Origin: an uncultured Chloroflexia bacterium
GTDB taxonomy: Bacteria > Chloroflexota > Anaerolineae > CG2-30-64-16
Assembly: GCA_963774265.1 (NCBI GenBank)
Contig: CAVZDU010000001.1
Location: 256,001 to 320,000 of the forward strand
DNA: 64,000 bases
Direction of reading: 5' to 3'
In this document: positions 42,548-52,323 of the stretch, one piece after another
Layout of the letters: every line of letters begins with the position of its first letter
Numbering within the stretch: position 1 is the stretch's first letter
Notes under the pieces: generated by a model
The model's database searches: none
The model's input: the letters and a program-made list of their open reading frames with translations, nothing else
What the model was told of the DNA's origin: nothing
Made by a program: the position numbers and the translations under genes

Positions 42548-42743
42548 TCGGAACTCGCTCCTTCGTGACAGATCAAGGCAGGATATCGATTCCCGCCTTG
42601 GCAGGACGGCAATTGACGGCCTGGAGGAGTTACCGGCAAGACAGGTGACACGAAAGAATGGCTTGTGGCGTTAGCAATTCTGCTACGTCTGCGAGGACAC
42701 AAAGAAGCAAGCCCCAGGTCATCTTTGTCCTCCGGCGCCCCGT

Positions 42744-42774
42744 ATTATACTGTCTTTGTAGCAGGGCCTACAAA
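42744..42774 (-). promoter_or_regulatory. gdh3 promoter with overlapping palindrome
   Basis: TATAAT on the minus strand (42749-42744); TTTGTAG-N6-CTACAAA palindrome at 42755-42774. Confidence 0.6.
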
Positions 42775-42876
42775 TTGGGGACAGAACCACGTAGGCCGAA
42801 AAATCAGTCACGCGCGGCCGCTGGTCCACGCGAAGAAAAACGCGAAACCGATCAGGAACATGCCGTTCGCGCGCAA

Positions 42877-42905
42877 TTGACAGCCCGCCCAAGGCGTGAT
42901 ATTCT
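42877..42905 (+). promoter_or_regulatory. Sigma70 promoter for the T-box/aspS transcript
   Basis: TTGACA-17 bp-TATTCT with an extended TG. Confidence 0.75.
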
Positions 42906-42917
42906 CGCACGACACAA

Positions 42918-43212
42918 AGCGAAAAGCGTGGATGGAGAGAGTACGGGGCTCGCGCGCAGTCCAGAGAGCGGCTGATGCTGTGAATGCCGCCTGTGTTCAC
43001 CCCGAAAAGACACTCCGGAGCTGCCGGGCCGAAAGATGAAGCTGCCGTCTCGTCCAAGATGCGGCAGGGAGTCGTAGGCCCATGCCGGCGCCACCCGTTA
43101 TCAGGCAGGGTCAGGGTTGACCGATGAGGCCGGGGCCGTGAGGTCCCGGCGAACCAAGGTGGCACCGCGAGCGCGCTCCTCGTCCTTGGGAGGGGGAGCG
43201 CGTATTTTATTT
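42918..43212 (+). ncRNA. T-box riboswitch (Asp specifier) with terminator
   Basis: Stem I with AGTA, AGAGA and GCTG elements; specifier GAC at 43009-43011; T-box AACCAAGGTGGCACCGCG at 43152-43169; terminator with U-rich tail at 43171-43212; lies upstream of an aminoacyl-tRNA synthetase. Confidence 0.92.
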
Positions 43213-43229
43213 CTCGCAGGGAGTGCCTC

Positions 43230-44537
43230 ATGGAACGCATCTACACATCGGAAGTCAACTCTCATGTCGGCGAGCGGGTCCGGCTGGCCGGCTGGCTGCA
43301 CACACTGCGCCGGCTGGGCGGCATCAACTTCCTGGTGCTGCGCGATGTGCGCGGCACGGTCCAGGTCGTGGTCGACACGCCCGAGGCGCTGGCCGCGCTC
43401 GACGGGCTGCTGCCGGAGACGGTGCTGGCCGTCGAGGGGACGGTGTCGCCGAGCCGCAGGCGCCGGGCGGCATCGAGGTTCGCAGCCCGCCTTCGAGATC
43501 CTCTCGCCGGTGCGCGACGCGCTGCCCTTCCCGCTGAACAAGCCGGCTGATCAAGGCCAGCCTGCCGGTCTTCCTCGATCACGCGGTCATCGGCCTGCGC
43601 CACCCGGCAAAAGCGCGCGCTGTTCCGCCTGTCGGCCGGCGTCATGGCCGGCTTCCGCGCGACGCTGACCGGCCTGGGCTTCACCGAGATCCAGACGCCC
43701 AAGCTGGTGGCCTCGGCGACCGAGAGCGGCGCGAACGTCTTCGCCGTGAAGTACTTCGAGCCGGCAGGCCTACCTGGCCCAGAGCCCGCAGTTCTACAAG
43801 CAGATCATGGTGGGCGTCTTCGAGCGGGTCTTCGAGGTCGGCCCGGTCTTCCGCGCCGAGCCGCACGACACGATCCGCCACATCAACGAGTACGTCAGCC
43901 TGGACGTGGAGATGGGCTTCATCCGCGACCACCGCGATGTCATGGCGTGCTGACCCAGGTCGTGCGCGGCATCCTGGCGCATCTGGAGACGCACTACGCG
44001 CCCGAGCTGGCGCTGCTGGACGTCAAGCTGCCCGCCGTGCCGCCGGAATTCCCCGCGATCTACTTCCCCGAGGCGCAGGAGCTGATCCTGCAGACGCTGG
44101 GGCGAGGACTGCCGCGGCGAGCCCGACCTGGCGCCGCAGCACGAGCGCTGGCTGGGCGAGTGGGCCCAAGACCGAGCACGGCAGCGATTTCCTGTTCGTC
44201 ACCGGCTACCCGATGGGGAAGCGGCCGTTCTACACCCACCCGAACCCGGCCGACCCGCGCTACTCCAACTCGTTCGACCTGCTCTTCCGCGGCACCGAGC
44301 TGGTGACCGGCGGGCAGCGGCTGCATCTGTACCAGGACTACCTGGACGCGCGGCGCGGCACGCGGGTACACCGACCTGGCGCCGTTCGAGACCTATTTCG
44401 AGACGTTCAAGTACGGCATGCCGCCCCACGGCGGCTTCGCCATCGGCCTGGAGCGCTTCATCATGCAGTTGCTCGGGCTGGACAACATCCGCCTGGCGAC
44501 GCTGTTCCCGCGGGATCTGACCCGGCTGACGCCGTGA
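43230..44537 (+). CDS. aspS: Archaeal-type (probably non-discriminating) aspartyl-tRNA synthetase; many frameshifts
   Basis: OB-fold [43 protein letters not shown] and [12 protein letters not shown] motifs; ~435 aa, no GAD insert. Confidence 0.9.
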
Positions 44538-44543
44538 CGGGGC

Positions 44544-44627
44544 GCAGGTTGAAGGGAAAGGTGCCAGGTTTCCGCTGACCCTGCGCGATCCCTGGCTCCT
44601 TCAACCTTGAACCGTGAACCTGCAACC
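44544..44627. repeat. Intergenic heptamer-periodic inverted repeat
   Basis: TTCAACC TTGAACC GTGAACC TGCAACC at 44600-44627; AGGTTGAAGG (44546-44555) pairs with CCTTCAACCT (44598-44607). Confidence 0.75.
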
Positions 44628-46386
44628 ATGCACATTCCCATCCTCCACCAAGACGACGACATCATCGTCGTGGACAAGCCGGCCGGCATCCCGACGCACG
44701 CGCCGGACCCTGCCGATCCCGTATCCCGGCGACGCACTGCGCATCGTCCAGGCGCAGGAGGGGCTGCCCTATCTGGGGATGCACCAGCGGCTGGATGCGG
44801 ACACGTCGGGCGTGCTGCTGTTCTCCGCGCGGCCCGAGGCGAACCGCGCCCTGGCAGCGACTTTCGAGGGTCGCGCGGCGCGGAAAGTGTACTTCGCGGC
44901 CGTCCTAGGAGCGCCTGAGGTGGATGAGTCGACCATCGACGCGGCCATCGCGCGGGATCGCGACGGGCGTTACCGGGTGACGACGCGCAAAGACCCTGCT
45001 GGACAGCCCGCTCGAACCCGCTGCCGGGTGGTGGACAAGGGGTGGATCGGCAAGAGGGGGCAGGGCCTGCCGTTTGCCGTGATTGAGGCCATCCCTGAAA
45101 CCGGGCGCACGCACCAGATTCGCCTGCACCTGGCACATGTGGGGCTTCCCGTCCTGGGGGATGCGCTGTATGGGGGCATGGCGGCGGCGTTCCCGCGACT
45201 CTGCCTGCACGCGGCCGAGCTGACCATCCCGCATCCCACGACCGGCAAGCGCATCACTTTCCACGCGGCCCTGCCCGCGCCGTTTGACCGCCTCGTGACG
45301 GGCGTGCCGGAGCCGGCGCTCGCGGTGTTGGGCCGCGCCCCGCTGCACATCCGCCAGGCGTGGGCGGGGTCGCCGGACCTGGTGCGCGGGCTGGTCCGCT
45401 TGGCCGTCGAGCGCCGTGCGCCGCTCGCAGCCGATCCCGACACCACCATCTATCGCGTCATCAACGCTGCCGGCGACGCGCTGCCTGGTCTGACCGCAGA
45501 TCGCTTCGGCGATGCGCTCGTGGTCAGCATCTACGACGATGACGACATCATGCCCCCGCAGCCGATCCCCGATGGACTGGCGCCCGTGCTGGCGCAGGCA
45601 TCCGGAGCGGCCTCGGTTTACGTCAAATATCGCCCGCGCCAGGCCAGCCGCGTTCCGGAGGAGGAGATGGCCCTCCTTGCGCCGCCGTTGCCCGTCTTCG
45701 GCCCGGACCTGGGAGCACTCCGACGCGATCAAACCTCGGAGGTTTCCGGCTTCGTGGCGCGCGAAGAGGGGCTCAACTACCTGATTCGCTCGACAGATGG
45801 CCTCAGCAGCGGCCTGTTTGCGGACATGCGCGAGGGTCGCGCGCGGGTGCGCGCGTGGGCCGAGGGTTGCACGGTGTTGAACACCTTCGCCTACACCTGC
45901 GGCTTCGGCGTGGCCGCGCTGGCGGGCGGCGCAGGCCGCGTGCTGAACCTCGACCTCTCGCGCAATGTGCTGGCGTGGGGCCAGGAAAACTACCGGCTCA
46001 ACGGCTTCGAGCCGGACGGCCGCGACTTCGTCTTCGGCGACGTCTTCGATTGGCTGACCCGGTTCGCGCGCCGCGGTGATTCCTTCGACCTGGTCATCCT
46101 CGACCCGCCGAGCTTCTCCAAGACCAAGACCACGCGCTTCTCCGCCGCAAAGGACACTGCACAACTGGCCGAACTGGCCGCGAAGGTCGTGAGCCCGGGC
46201 GGACGCCTGCTCGCGTGCAGCAACCTGGCTGAGCTGCCGTGGCGGGCGTTCCGCGAGCGCGTGCTGGCGGGCGTCGCGTCTGCCAGCCGTGGCGGCCAGG
46301 TCATTGGCGTCTACCACGAACCCACGGTGGACTTCCCGACCAACGGCGAACCCTACCTCAAAATGGCCCTGGTGCAGCTCAGCTGA
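44628..46386 (+). CDS. RluA-family pseudouridine synthase fused to an RlmI/RlmK-like SAM methyltransferase; frameshift near 44715
   Basis: VVDKPAG, HQRLDADTSG, GRTHQIR and LCLHA, then GLFADMRE, LNTFAYTCGF and DLVILDPPSF in one frame. Confidence 0.88.
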
Positions 46387-46418
46387 TAGAATAGGGTATC
46401 TTGTCATCAGGAGCACTT

Positions 46419-47279
46419 ATGACGGTTCATATCCTGACCGATTCAAGCCATTATCTTGATCCGGCTACGGTCGAGGCGCTCAAAATCCATGTCCTCCCGC
46501 TCACTCTTCACCTGGCCGGCCAGGACCGCCGCGAACGGCTGGACATCACGACCGAGGAGTTGTTCGTCGCGCTTAGAGACCGGAACGCGGGCTGGCCGAC
46601 GACCGCGGCAATATCGCCGGGGGCCCTGTACACGGCCTACGACGAGCTGACGCGCAACGGCGATGAGGTGGTGGGCATCTTCATGTCACGGGGCACCAGC
46701 ATGACGGTCGAAAACGCGCAAATCACCGCTGCGGAACACCCGGCCCGCAAACGCATCCATGTCGTCGACTCGTTAGCCATTTCCGGCCCCCTCGCACTCA
46801 CGCTGCTGACGATCGGGCGGCTAGCCGCGGACGGGATGGCGGCCAAGGACCTGGCGCGCGTGGCGCGCACGATGGGCGAGCGAATGCACGTGATGTTCAC
46901 GGTGGACACGCTGGATTACCTGCATCGCGGCGGCCGGTTGAAGGGCAGCCAGGCGTTGGCCGGCACGCTGCTCAGCATCAAACCCGTCCTCTACCTGAAC
47001 GAGGGCCGGATCGAGCCGTGGAGCAAGGCGCGCGGCAAGAAGAAAGCCCTCGACACGATGCTCGAGGAGACTGTCAAGGCCATGCCCGCGGGCGAGCCGG
47101 TGCGCGCTCTCATCTTTGATACTAACGCAGCGGAAGAGGCAGAATCGCTGGGCAATGCACTCCGCGAGCGGCTGAACGTGGAGCAACTTTACCGCAACCC
47201 GATCGGACCTGTCGTGGCCGCTCACGTTGGACCGGGTTGCGTGGCGATGGCGGTTTGCCCTGTGAGCGCGATGTGCTAA
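46419..47279 (+). CDS. DegV/FakB fatty-acid-binding protein
   Basis: ILTDSS, VVDS, LDYLHRGGR, LSIKPVL and AHVGPG motifs. Confidence 0.92.
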   Translation: MTVHILTDSSHYLDPATVEALKIHVLPLTLHLAGQDRRERLDITTEELFVALRDRNAGWPTTAAISPGALYTAYDELTRNGDEVVGIFMSRGTSMTVENAQITAAEHPARKRIHVVDSLAISGPLALTLLTIGRLAADGMAAKDLARVARTMGERMHVMFTVDTLDYLHRGGRLKGSQALAGTLLSIKPVLYLNEGRIEPWSKARGKKKALDTMLEETVKAMPAGEPVRALIFDTNAAEEAESLGNALRERLNVEQLYRNPIGPVVAAHVGPGCVAMAVCPVSAMC

Positions 47280-48223
47280 TGTCGTGGGAGCCGGCCTACC
47301 TTGCGCTGCATCGCAGCGGGGAGCTGCGCCGCCGCGCGCGTGAGGCGATGGCAAGCCTGGCTAGCTGCGAGCTGTGCCCCCACCGGTGCCGGGCCAACCG
47401 GCTGGAGGGCAAGCACGGCGTCTGCCGCGTCGCCGCCGACCCGGTGATCGCCTCGTGGAATGTCCACCACTGGGAAGAGCCACCCATTTCCGGCACGCGC
47501 GGCTCGGGCACCATCTTCTTCTCCAGTTGCACGGGCAGGTGCTGTTTCTGCCAGAACTATTCCATCAGCCAGCTCGGCTACGGCAACAAGGTCACGATCG
47601 AGCGCTTTGCCGGCATGATGCTCGAGCTGCAGCGCCGCGGGGTGCACAACATCAACTTCGTCACCCCGACGCATTTCGCCGCCCAAATCCTGGCCGCGGT
47701 CGACGTAGCTGCCGGCTGGGGGCTGCGCATCCCCCTGGTGTACAACACCAGCGGTTATGAGCGGGTCGAAACGTTGCGCCTGCTGGCCGGCGTGATCGAC
47801 ATCTATCTCCCCGATATCAAGTACACCGACGACGAAGTCGCGAAGCGGCTGTCCGGTTTTCCGCACTACGTCGAGCACAACCGGGCGGCATTGGCTGAGA
47901 TGTTCGGGCAAGTCGGCCCAACGCTCCTGTGCGACGAGTTGGGCGTTGCGCAGCGCGGGATGATCATCCGCCACCTCGTGTTGCCCGCGGGCCTGGCCGA
48001 TACACCGGGCGCCATGCGCTGGATCGCGGCGGAACTCTCGCCCGAGGTTTACGTCAGCGTGATGGACCAGTACTTCCCGACCTACCGGACCCTGGACGAT
48101 CCGGTGCTCGGCCGGAAGATCACCGAGGAAGAGTACGATGCCGCCCTGGACGCATTCGAGGCTGCCGGGCTGCAAAACGGCTGGCTGCAGGATCACGAAT
48201 GTAACGAAGAGACAACAGGGTGA
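47279..48223 (+). CDS. Radical SAM protein (PflX-like)
   Basis: CELCPHRC, EEPPISG, CTGRCCFCQN (CX3CX2C) and IIRHLVLP motifs. Confidence 0.9.
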   Translation: MSWEPAYLALHRSGELRRRAREAMASLASCELCPHRCRANRLEGKHGVCRVAADPVIASWNVHHWEEPPISGTRGSGTIFFSSCTGRCCFCQNYSISQLGYGNKVTIERFAGMMLELQRRGVHNINFVTPTHFAAQILAAVDVAAGWGLRIPLVYNTSGYERVETLRLLAGVIDIYLPDIKYTDDEVAKRLSGFPHYVEHNRAALAEMFGQVGPTLLCDELGVAQRGMIIRHLVLPAGLADTPGAMRWIAAELSPEVYVSVMDQYFPTYRTLDDPVLGRKITEEEYDAALDAFEAAGLQNGWLQDHECNEETTG

Positions 48224-49158
48224 TGGAAGGACAAAAGCGGCACTCGCTGAGCATCACTGCGGTCAACGTTGGGCTGGCAGCCAATGCGCTGCTGGCACTG
48301 CTCAAGGTGACCTTCGGGATCATCGGCAATAGCCCCGCGCTGCTCGCGGACGGCGTCAACTCCACCTCTGACGTCGCGTACTACGTCGTCGTCCGCATCT
48401 TCATGCAGCTGGCGCGCAAGCCCGCGGATCGGGAACACCCCTACGGCCACTCGCAACTGGAAAGCATCGCCGCGCTGATCGTCGGCGCGTTCGTCATCAC
48501 AACCGCGGTCGCAATCTTCTGGGACGCCATCAACAATGTCTATACGCTCTGGTCGGGGCAGGGAACCTTCGAAGGGGCCGCGCCCATGGCCTTCATCGTC
48601 GCCGTGTTCACCGTTGTTCTCAAGATAGGCCTGTTGATCTACACCCGGCACATCGGCAAGGTCACGGGGAACGTCGCTGTTACGGCGCTGGCCCAGGACC
48701 ACCGCAACGACATATTTGCGGCGTCCGGTGCGGCGCTAGGCATCTTCCTCGGTCGTAGTGGAGTGCCTTGGGGCGACCCGCTGGCAGGCGCCGTCGTCGC
48801 CCTGCTCATCCTGCGCACGGGCATCATGATTCTGTCGGACGCCTCAGCAGAGCTGATGGACAATGTACCGGGCGACAAGTTGGCGACGCAAGTGCAGACG
48901 GTGCTGGCCGACGTGCCGGGCGTTCAATGCGTCGAAGAGGTTTACGCACACCGTTTCGGCCCGTACCTGGTGCTGAATGTGACCGTGGGGATCGACGGGT
49001 CGCTGTCTGTCGCAGCGGGCGATTCCATCGCCTCAGACGTCGAGCGCCGGCTCTACGACAAGATCGGGCTGCTGCGCCGGGTTCACGTCCACTACCACCC
49101 GGTGGGGGTCGCGCGCCTGCCTGAAGCCGGTCTACCACCCAAAAGCGTGATTGAGTGA
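48220..49158 (+). CDS. Cation diffusion facilitator family transporter
   Basis: ALLADGVNSTSD, PADREHPYGH and DHRND motifs; C-terminal VHVHYHP. Confidence 0.92.
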   Translation: MMEGQKRHSLSITAVNVGLAANALLALLKVTFGIIGNSPALLADGVNSTSDVAYYVVVRIFMQLARKPADREHPYGHSQLESIAALIVGAFVITTAVAIFWDAINNVYTLWSGQGTFEGAAPMAFIVAVFTVVLKIGLLIYTRHIGKVTGNVAVTALAQDHRNDIFAASGAALGIFLGRSGVPWGDPLAGAVVALLILRTGIMILSDASAELMDNVPGDKLATQVQTVLADVPGVQCVEEVYAHRFGPYLVLNVTVGIDGSLSVAAGDSIASDVERRLYDKIGLLRRVHVHYHPVGVARLPEAGLPPKSVIE

Positions 49159-49394
49159 TTATTCGTAGCGAGGACGCCGGGTCTGTGACGTGTATCGCCT
49201 GAGATCGCGTTAGCTGCGAGCCAGGCGTCAGGGTGTCTTGGCACATCTGAAGGAAAGTTAATTTTGCTCCTGGCAAATTTCATCACGAGTTCATTTGGAC
49301 GCGTTACGGTCATCATAATCCACCAAAGCCAAATACGCAGACTCTTGGCAGCTTCTCTCGTAGGCCACCGTGGTTAAAGGGAAGTGTTCGCGAC

Positions 49395-49676
49395 ATGGAA
49401 AACATGCCCCCCCTCCGTGCTTTCCTCGAGCAAGAAATTCGCGTCTGGCTTAAGCAGCACTTAGCCGAAAAGCCAGGTGCGGAACCCGCGCAAATTGGCC
49501 TGCAGACCCCCGTCAAGCGTTTCGGCCTGCCCATGAGCGAAGTGATGGTTCTATGGGACAGTCTCCACTGGTGTCGTCGAGATTCTGCCGACGGACCCGC
49601 TTCTGCTGATCCCAGCGATTCAGAACGCGGTCCGTTGTTCTATCCATATTGCGCGCAGGGAAGTCGCCAACTATGA
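49395..49676 (+). pseudogene. Degenerate acyl-carrier-protein-like ORF
   Basis: EIRVWLKQHLAE...PAQIGLQTPVKRFGL resembles ACP helix I and loop, but the GxDS site reads GLPMS. Confidence 0.4.
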
Positions 49677-52261
49677 AGCATACTCCTTCGCTCGCCCTAC
49701 GCTCACTACTTGCTCGCCCAGTGCGGACGCTGCTCACCACGTCCGGCATCATCCTGGGCGTGGCAGTGATCCTGGCGATCAGCATCACGAACCTGAGCAC
49801 GATGAAATCCATCGCCACGCTGTTCAACGAAGCCTCCGGCAAGGCTCACCTGGTGGTGACGAGTTCATGGACCGGTGATCCGGGATTCCCGCAAGATGTC
49901 ATGGACCGGATCGCCAACCAACCCGGTGTAAAGGCCTTAGTCCCAACCCTCCATGTTCAAACGCTGCTGGCCGATGAATTGACCCCTGCTGAGATCGGCG
50001 TCAGCTTATTCGGGGCAGTTCGTGGCTCGCTTGCCTTGTACGGAATTGATCCGGCTCTTGATGTAGAGGCGCGCGAGTACAAGATCGTCGAGGGTAAGTT
50101 CCTATCATCCAGGGAACCGGAAGCCTACGATGTAGTGCTGGTGCAGGATTTCGCCGCTGAAAAGGAACTGCAGGTAGGCGACCAGCTTCGAATCGTCGTG
50201 CCCGGAGGAACCGAAGAGCTGCGAGTCGTGGGCTTGATGTCCAAGGAAGGCCCCGGGCAGATCAACAACGGCGCGTTCGGGGTGATCCCACTGCAAACAG
50301 CGCAGGCGCTTTACTCCCGCTCGGGAGAGCTAGACCAAATCGATATTGTCGCGCTGCCAGAGGCCGCCAGCGGACAAGATCTGGACAAACTGCAGGCGTC
50401 GCTCCAGGCGCGGCTGGGTTCAGACTATGCCGTCGTTTATCCGGCCAGCCAGGGCAAGCGCGTAACGCAGATGCTCGACACGTACCAACTCGGCCTGAAC
50501 TTCTTCAGTGTGGTTGCGCTATTCGTGGGCGGGTTCCTGATCTACAATGCCTTCTCCATGACCGTCGTGGAACGCACCCGCGAGATAGGCATGCTCCGCA
50601 CATTGGGGATGACACGCGGCCAGGTCATGCGACAGATTCTGACCGAGGCCAGCATCGTGGCCGTCATCGGCTCGGCTTTGGGCGTTGGGACCGGCGTGCT
50701 CCTGGCGCGCGGGTTGATTCGCCTCATGGAGCTATTGGTGGCCCAGGAGGTGGTGCAGACCCAGGTGCCCCTGGATGGTCTCATCACAAGCGTATTCGTG
50801 GGCATCGGCGTGACGATCGTGGCCGCAGGCCTGCCTGCCTGGCAAGCCGGGCGCATCTCCCCCCTTGAAGCGCTGCGCATCCGAGGCAGCTCGCGTGAGA
50901 ATTGGGTGGTCGTTAAAGGTTGGCGCGTCGGTCTTGCGCTCTGTGTCGTCTCGCTGATATTGATTCTCTTCCGGCCTTTTCCGGTGGCTGTCCAGTACCA
51001 TCTCAGCCAGGCTGCCGTTTTCGGCCTGTTTGTGGGCGTGACGCTGCTGATCCCAGTCACGGTGAGCGCCTGGGAAAGGGTGACGCGGACGCCGATGCGG
51101 CGGATCTACGGCGCAGAGGGCCAACTCGGGAGCCGCAACACGCAGCGCGCCAGATTTCGGACCGCGCTCACCGTCGCGGCCCTGATGGTGGGCGCCGCAA
51201 TGATCCTCGGTGTTCGCGGCATGACCGACGCCTTCAAACACGACATCACGAGCTGGATAGAAGTCTACATCGGCGGCGACCTTTATGTTTACTCGTCGAT
51301 GCCCATGCGCGCTGATCTGGCGCGCCGGCTCGAAGGCGTGGATGGGGTGGCTGCCGCGACGCCGTTTCGCTATGTCGATGCAGAAGCAACCAGGCCGGAC
51401 GGCAAGAGCGAGTGGTTGATCTTCACCGGGCTCGACCCCGAGTCACATGAACAGGTTACATCGTTTATTTTTGCCGCCGGCCAGGGCGACCCTGCCCAAC
51501 TGCTTAGCCGACTGGCCGCTGGGGATGCCATTTTCATCTCAAGCGTTCTGTCCGAGCGGTACGGGCTCAAAAAAGGTGACACCTTGCGGCTGTCAACCAA
51601 ACGCGGCAAGCACGACTTCGAGATCGCTGCGGTCGTGGTGGATTTTTACAATCAGGGCCTGATCGTTGACGGAAACTGGAGCGATCTGCGCCGCTATTTC
51701 GGGGTGAATGATGTCAATTCTTTCCTGCTGAAGATCGAGCCCGGCCGTCCGGTCGATGCGATCAAAGCGGACATCGACCGCCTCTACAGCCAGCGGTATC
51801 ACTTGACGACCGAATCCAACAAGGCGTTGAAGGCGCGCGCGCTTCAGCTGGCCTCTCAAGCCTTCAGCATGTTCGACGTGCTGGCGCTGATCGCCATGAT
51901 CGTAGCCGCCTTGGGCGTGGTGAACACGCTGATGATGAACGTATTGGAACGGACGCGCGAGATAGGCATGCTGCGCAGCCTGGGGATGACCCGGCGCCAG
52001 GTCGCCAAGATGATCCTGGCGGAAGCCGGGCTCATCGGGATCATTGGCGGTGTCTTCGGCCTCGGCTTTGGCTTGTTTCTGTCGCGCTTAATCTTGACCG
52101 CTGCCAACGCGATTCAAGGCTACGACCTGACCTATGTGCTGCCGAAGGAAGGAATAGTGATCAGCCTGTTTATCGCGCTGATCACGTCTCAGATTGCCGC
52201 GATCTGGCCTGCCCGTCGCGCAGCCGGGATCCGGATCATCGAAGCCATTCAGTTTGAATGA
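49673..52261 (+). CDS. ABC transporter permease (duplicated MacB/FtsX architecture)
   Basis: RTLLTTSGIILGV and two ERTREIGMLRxLG motifs; PARRAA near the C-terminus. Confidence 0.92.
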   Translation: MKHTPSLALRSLLARPVRTLLTTSGIILGVAVILAISITNLSTMKSIATLFNEASGKAHLVVTSSWTGDPGFPQDVMDRIANQPGVKALVPTLHVQTLLADELTPAEIGVSLFGAVRGSLALYGIDPALDVEAREYKIVEGKFLSSREPEAYDVVLVQDFAAEKELQVGDQLRIVVPGGTEELRVVGLMSKEGPGQINNGAFGVIPLQTAQALYSRSGELDQIDIVALPEAASGQDLDKLQASLQARLGSDYAVVYPASQGKRVTQMLDTYQLGLNFFSVVALFVGGFLIYNAFSMTVVERTREIGMLRTLGMTRGQVMRQILTEASIVAVIGSALGVGTGVLLARGLIRLMELLVAQEVVQTQVPLDGLITSVFVGIGVTIVAAGLPAWQAGRISPLEALRIRGSSRENWVVVKGWRVGLALCVVSLILILFRPFPVAVQYHLSQAAVFGLFVGVTLLIPVTVSAWERVTRTPMRRIYGAEGQLGSRNTQRARFRTALTVAALMVGAAMILGVRGMTDAFKHDITSWIEVYIGGDLYVYSSMPMRADLARRLEGVDGVAAATPFRYVDAEATRPDGKSEWLIFTGLDPESHEQVTSFIFAAGQGDPAQLLSRLAAGDAIFISSVLSERYGLKKGDTLRLSTKRGKHDFEIAAVVVDFYNQGLIVDGNWSDLRRYFGVNDVNSFLLKIEPGRPVDAIKADIDRLYSQRYHLTTESNKALKARALQLASQAFSMFDVLALIAMIVAALGVVNTLMMNVLERTREIGMLRSLGMTRRQVAKMILAEAGLIGIIGGVFGLGFGLFLSRLILTAANAIQGYDLTYVLPKEGIVISLFIALITSQIAAIWPARRAAGIRIIEAIQFE

Positions 52262-52323
52262 GCAGATCTGCGTCAGGGGATGAACTCCCGTGCGGGAGCA
52301 ACATGCAATAGGAGGGTCCTGCC

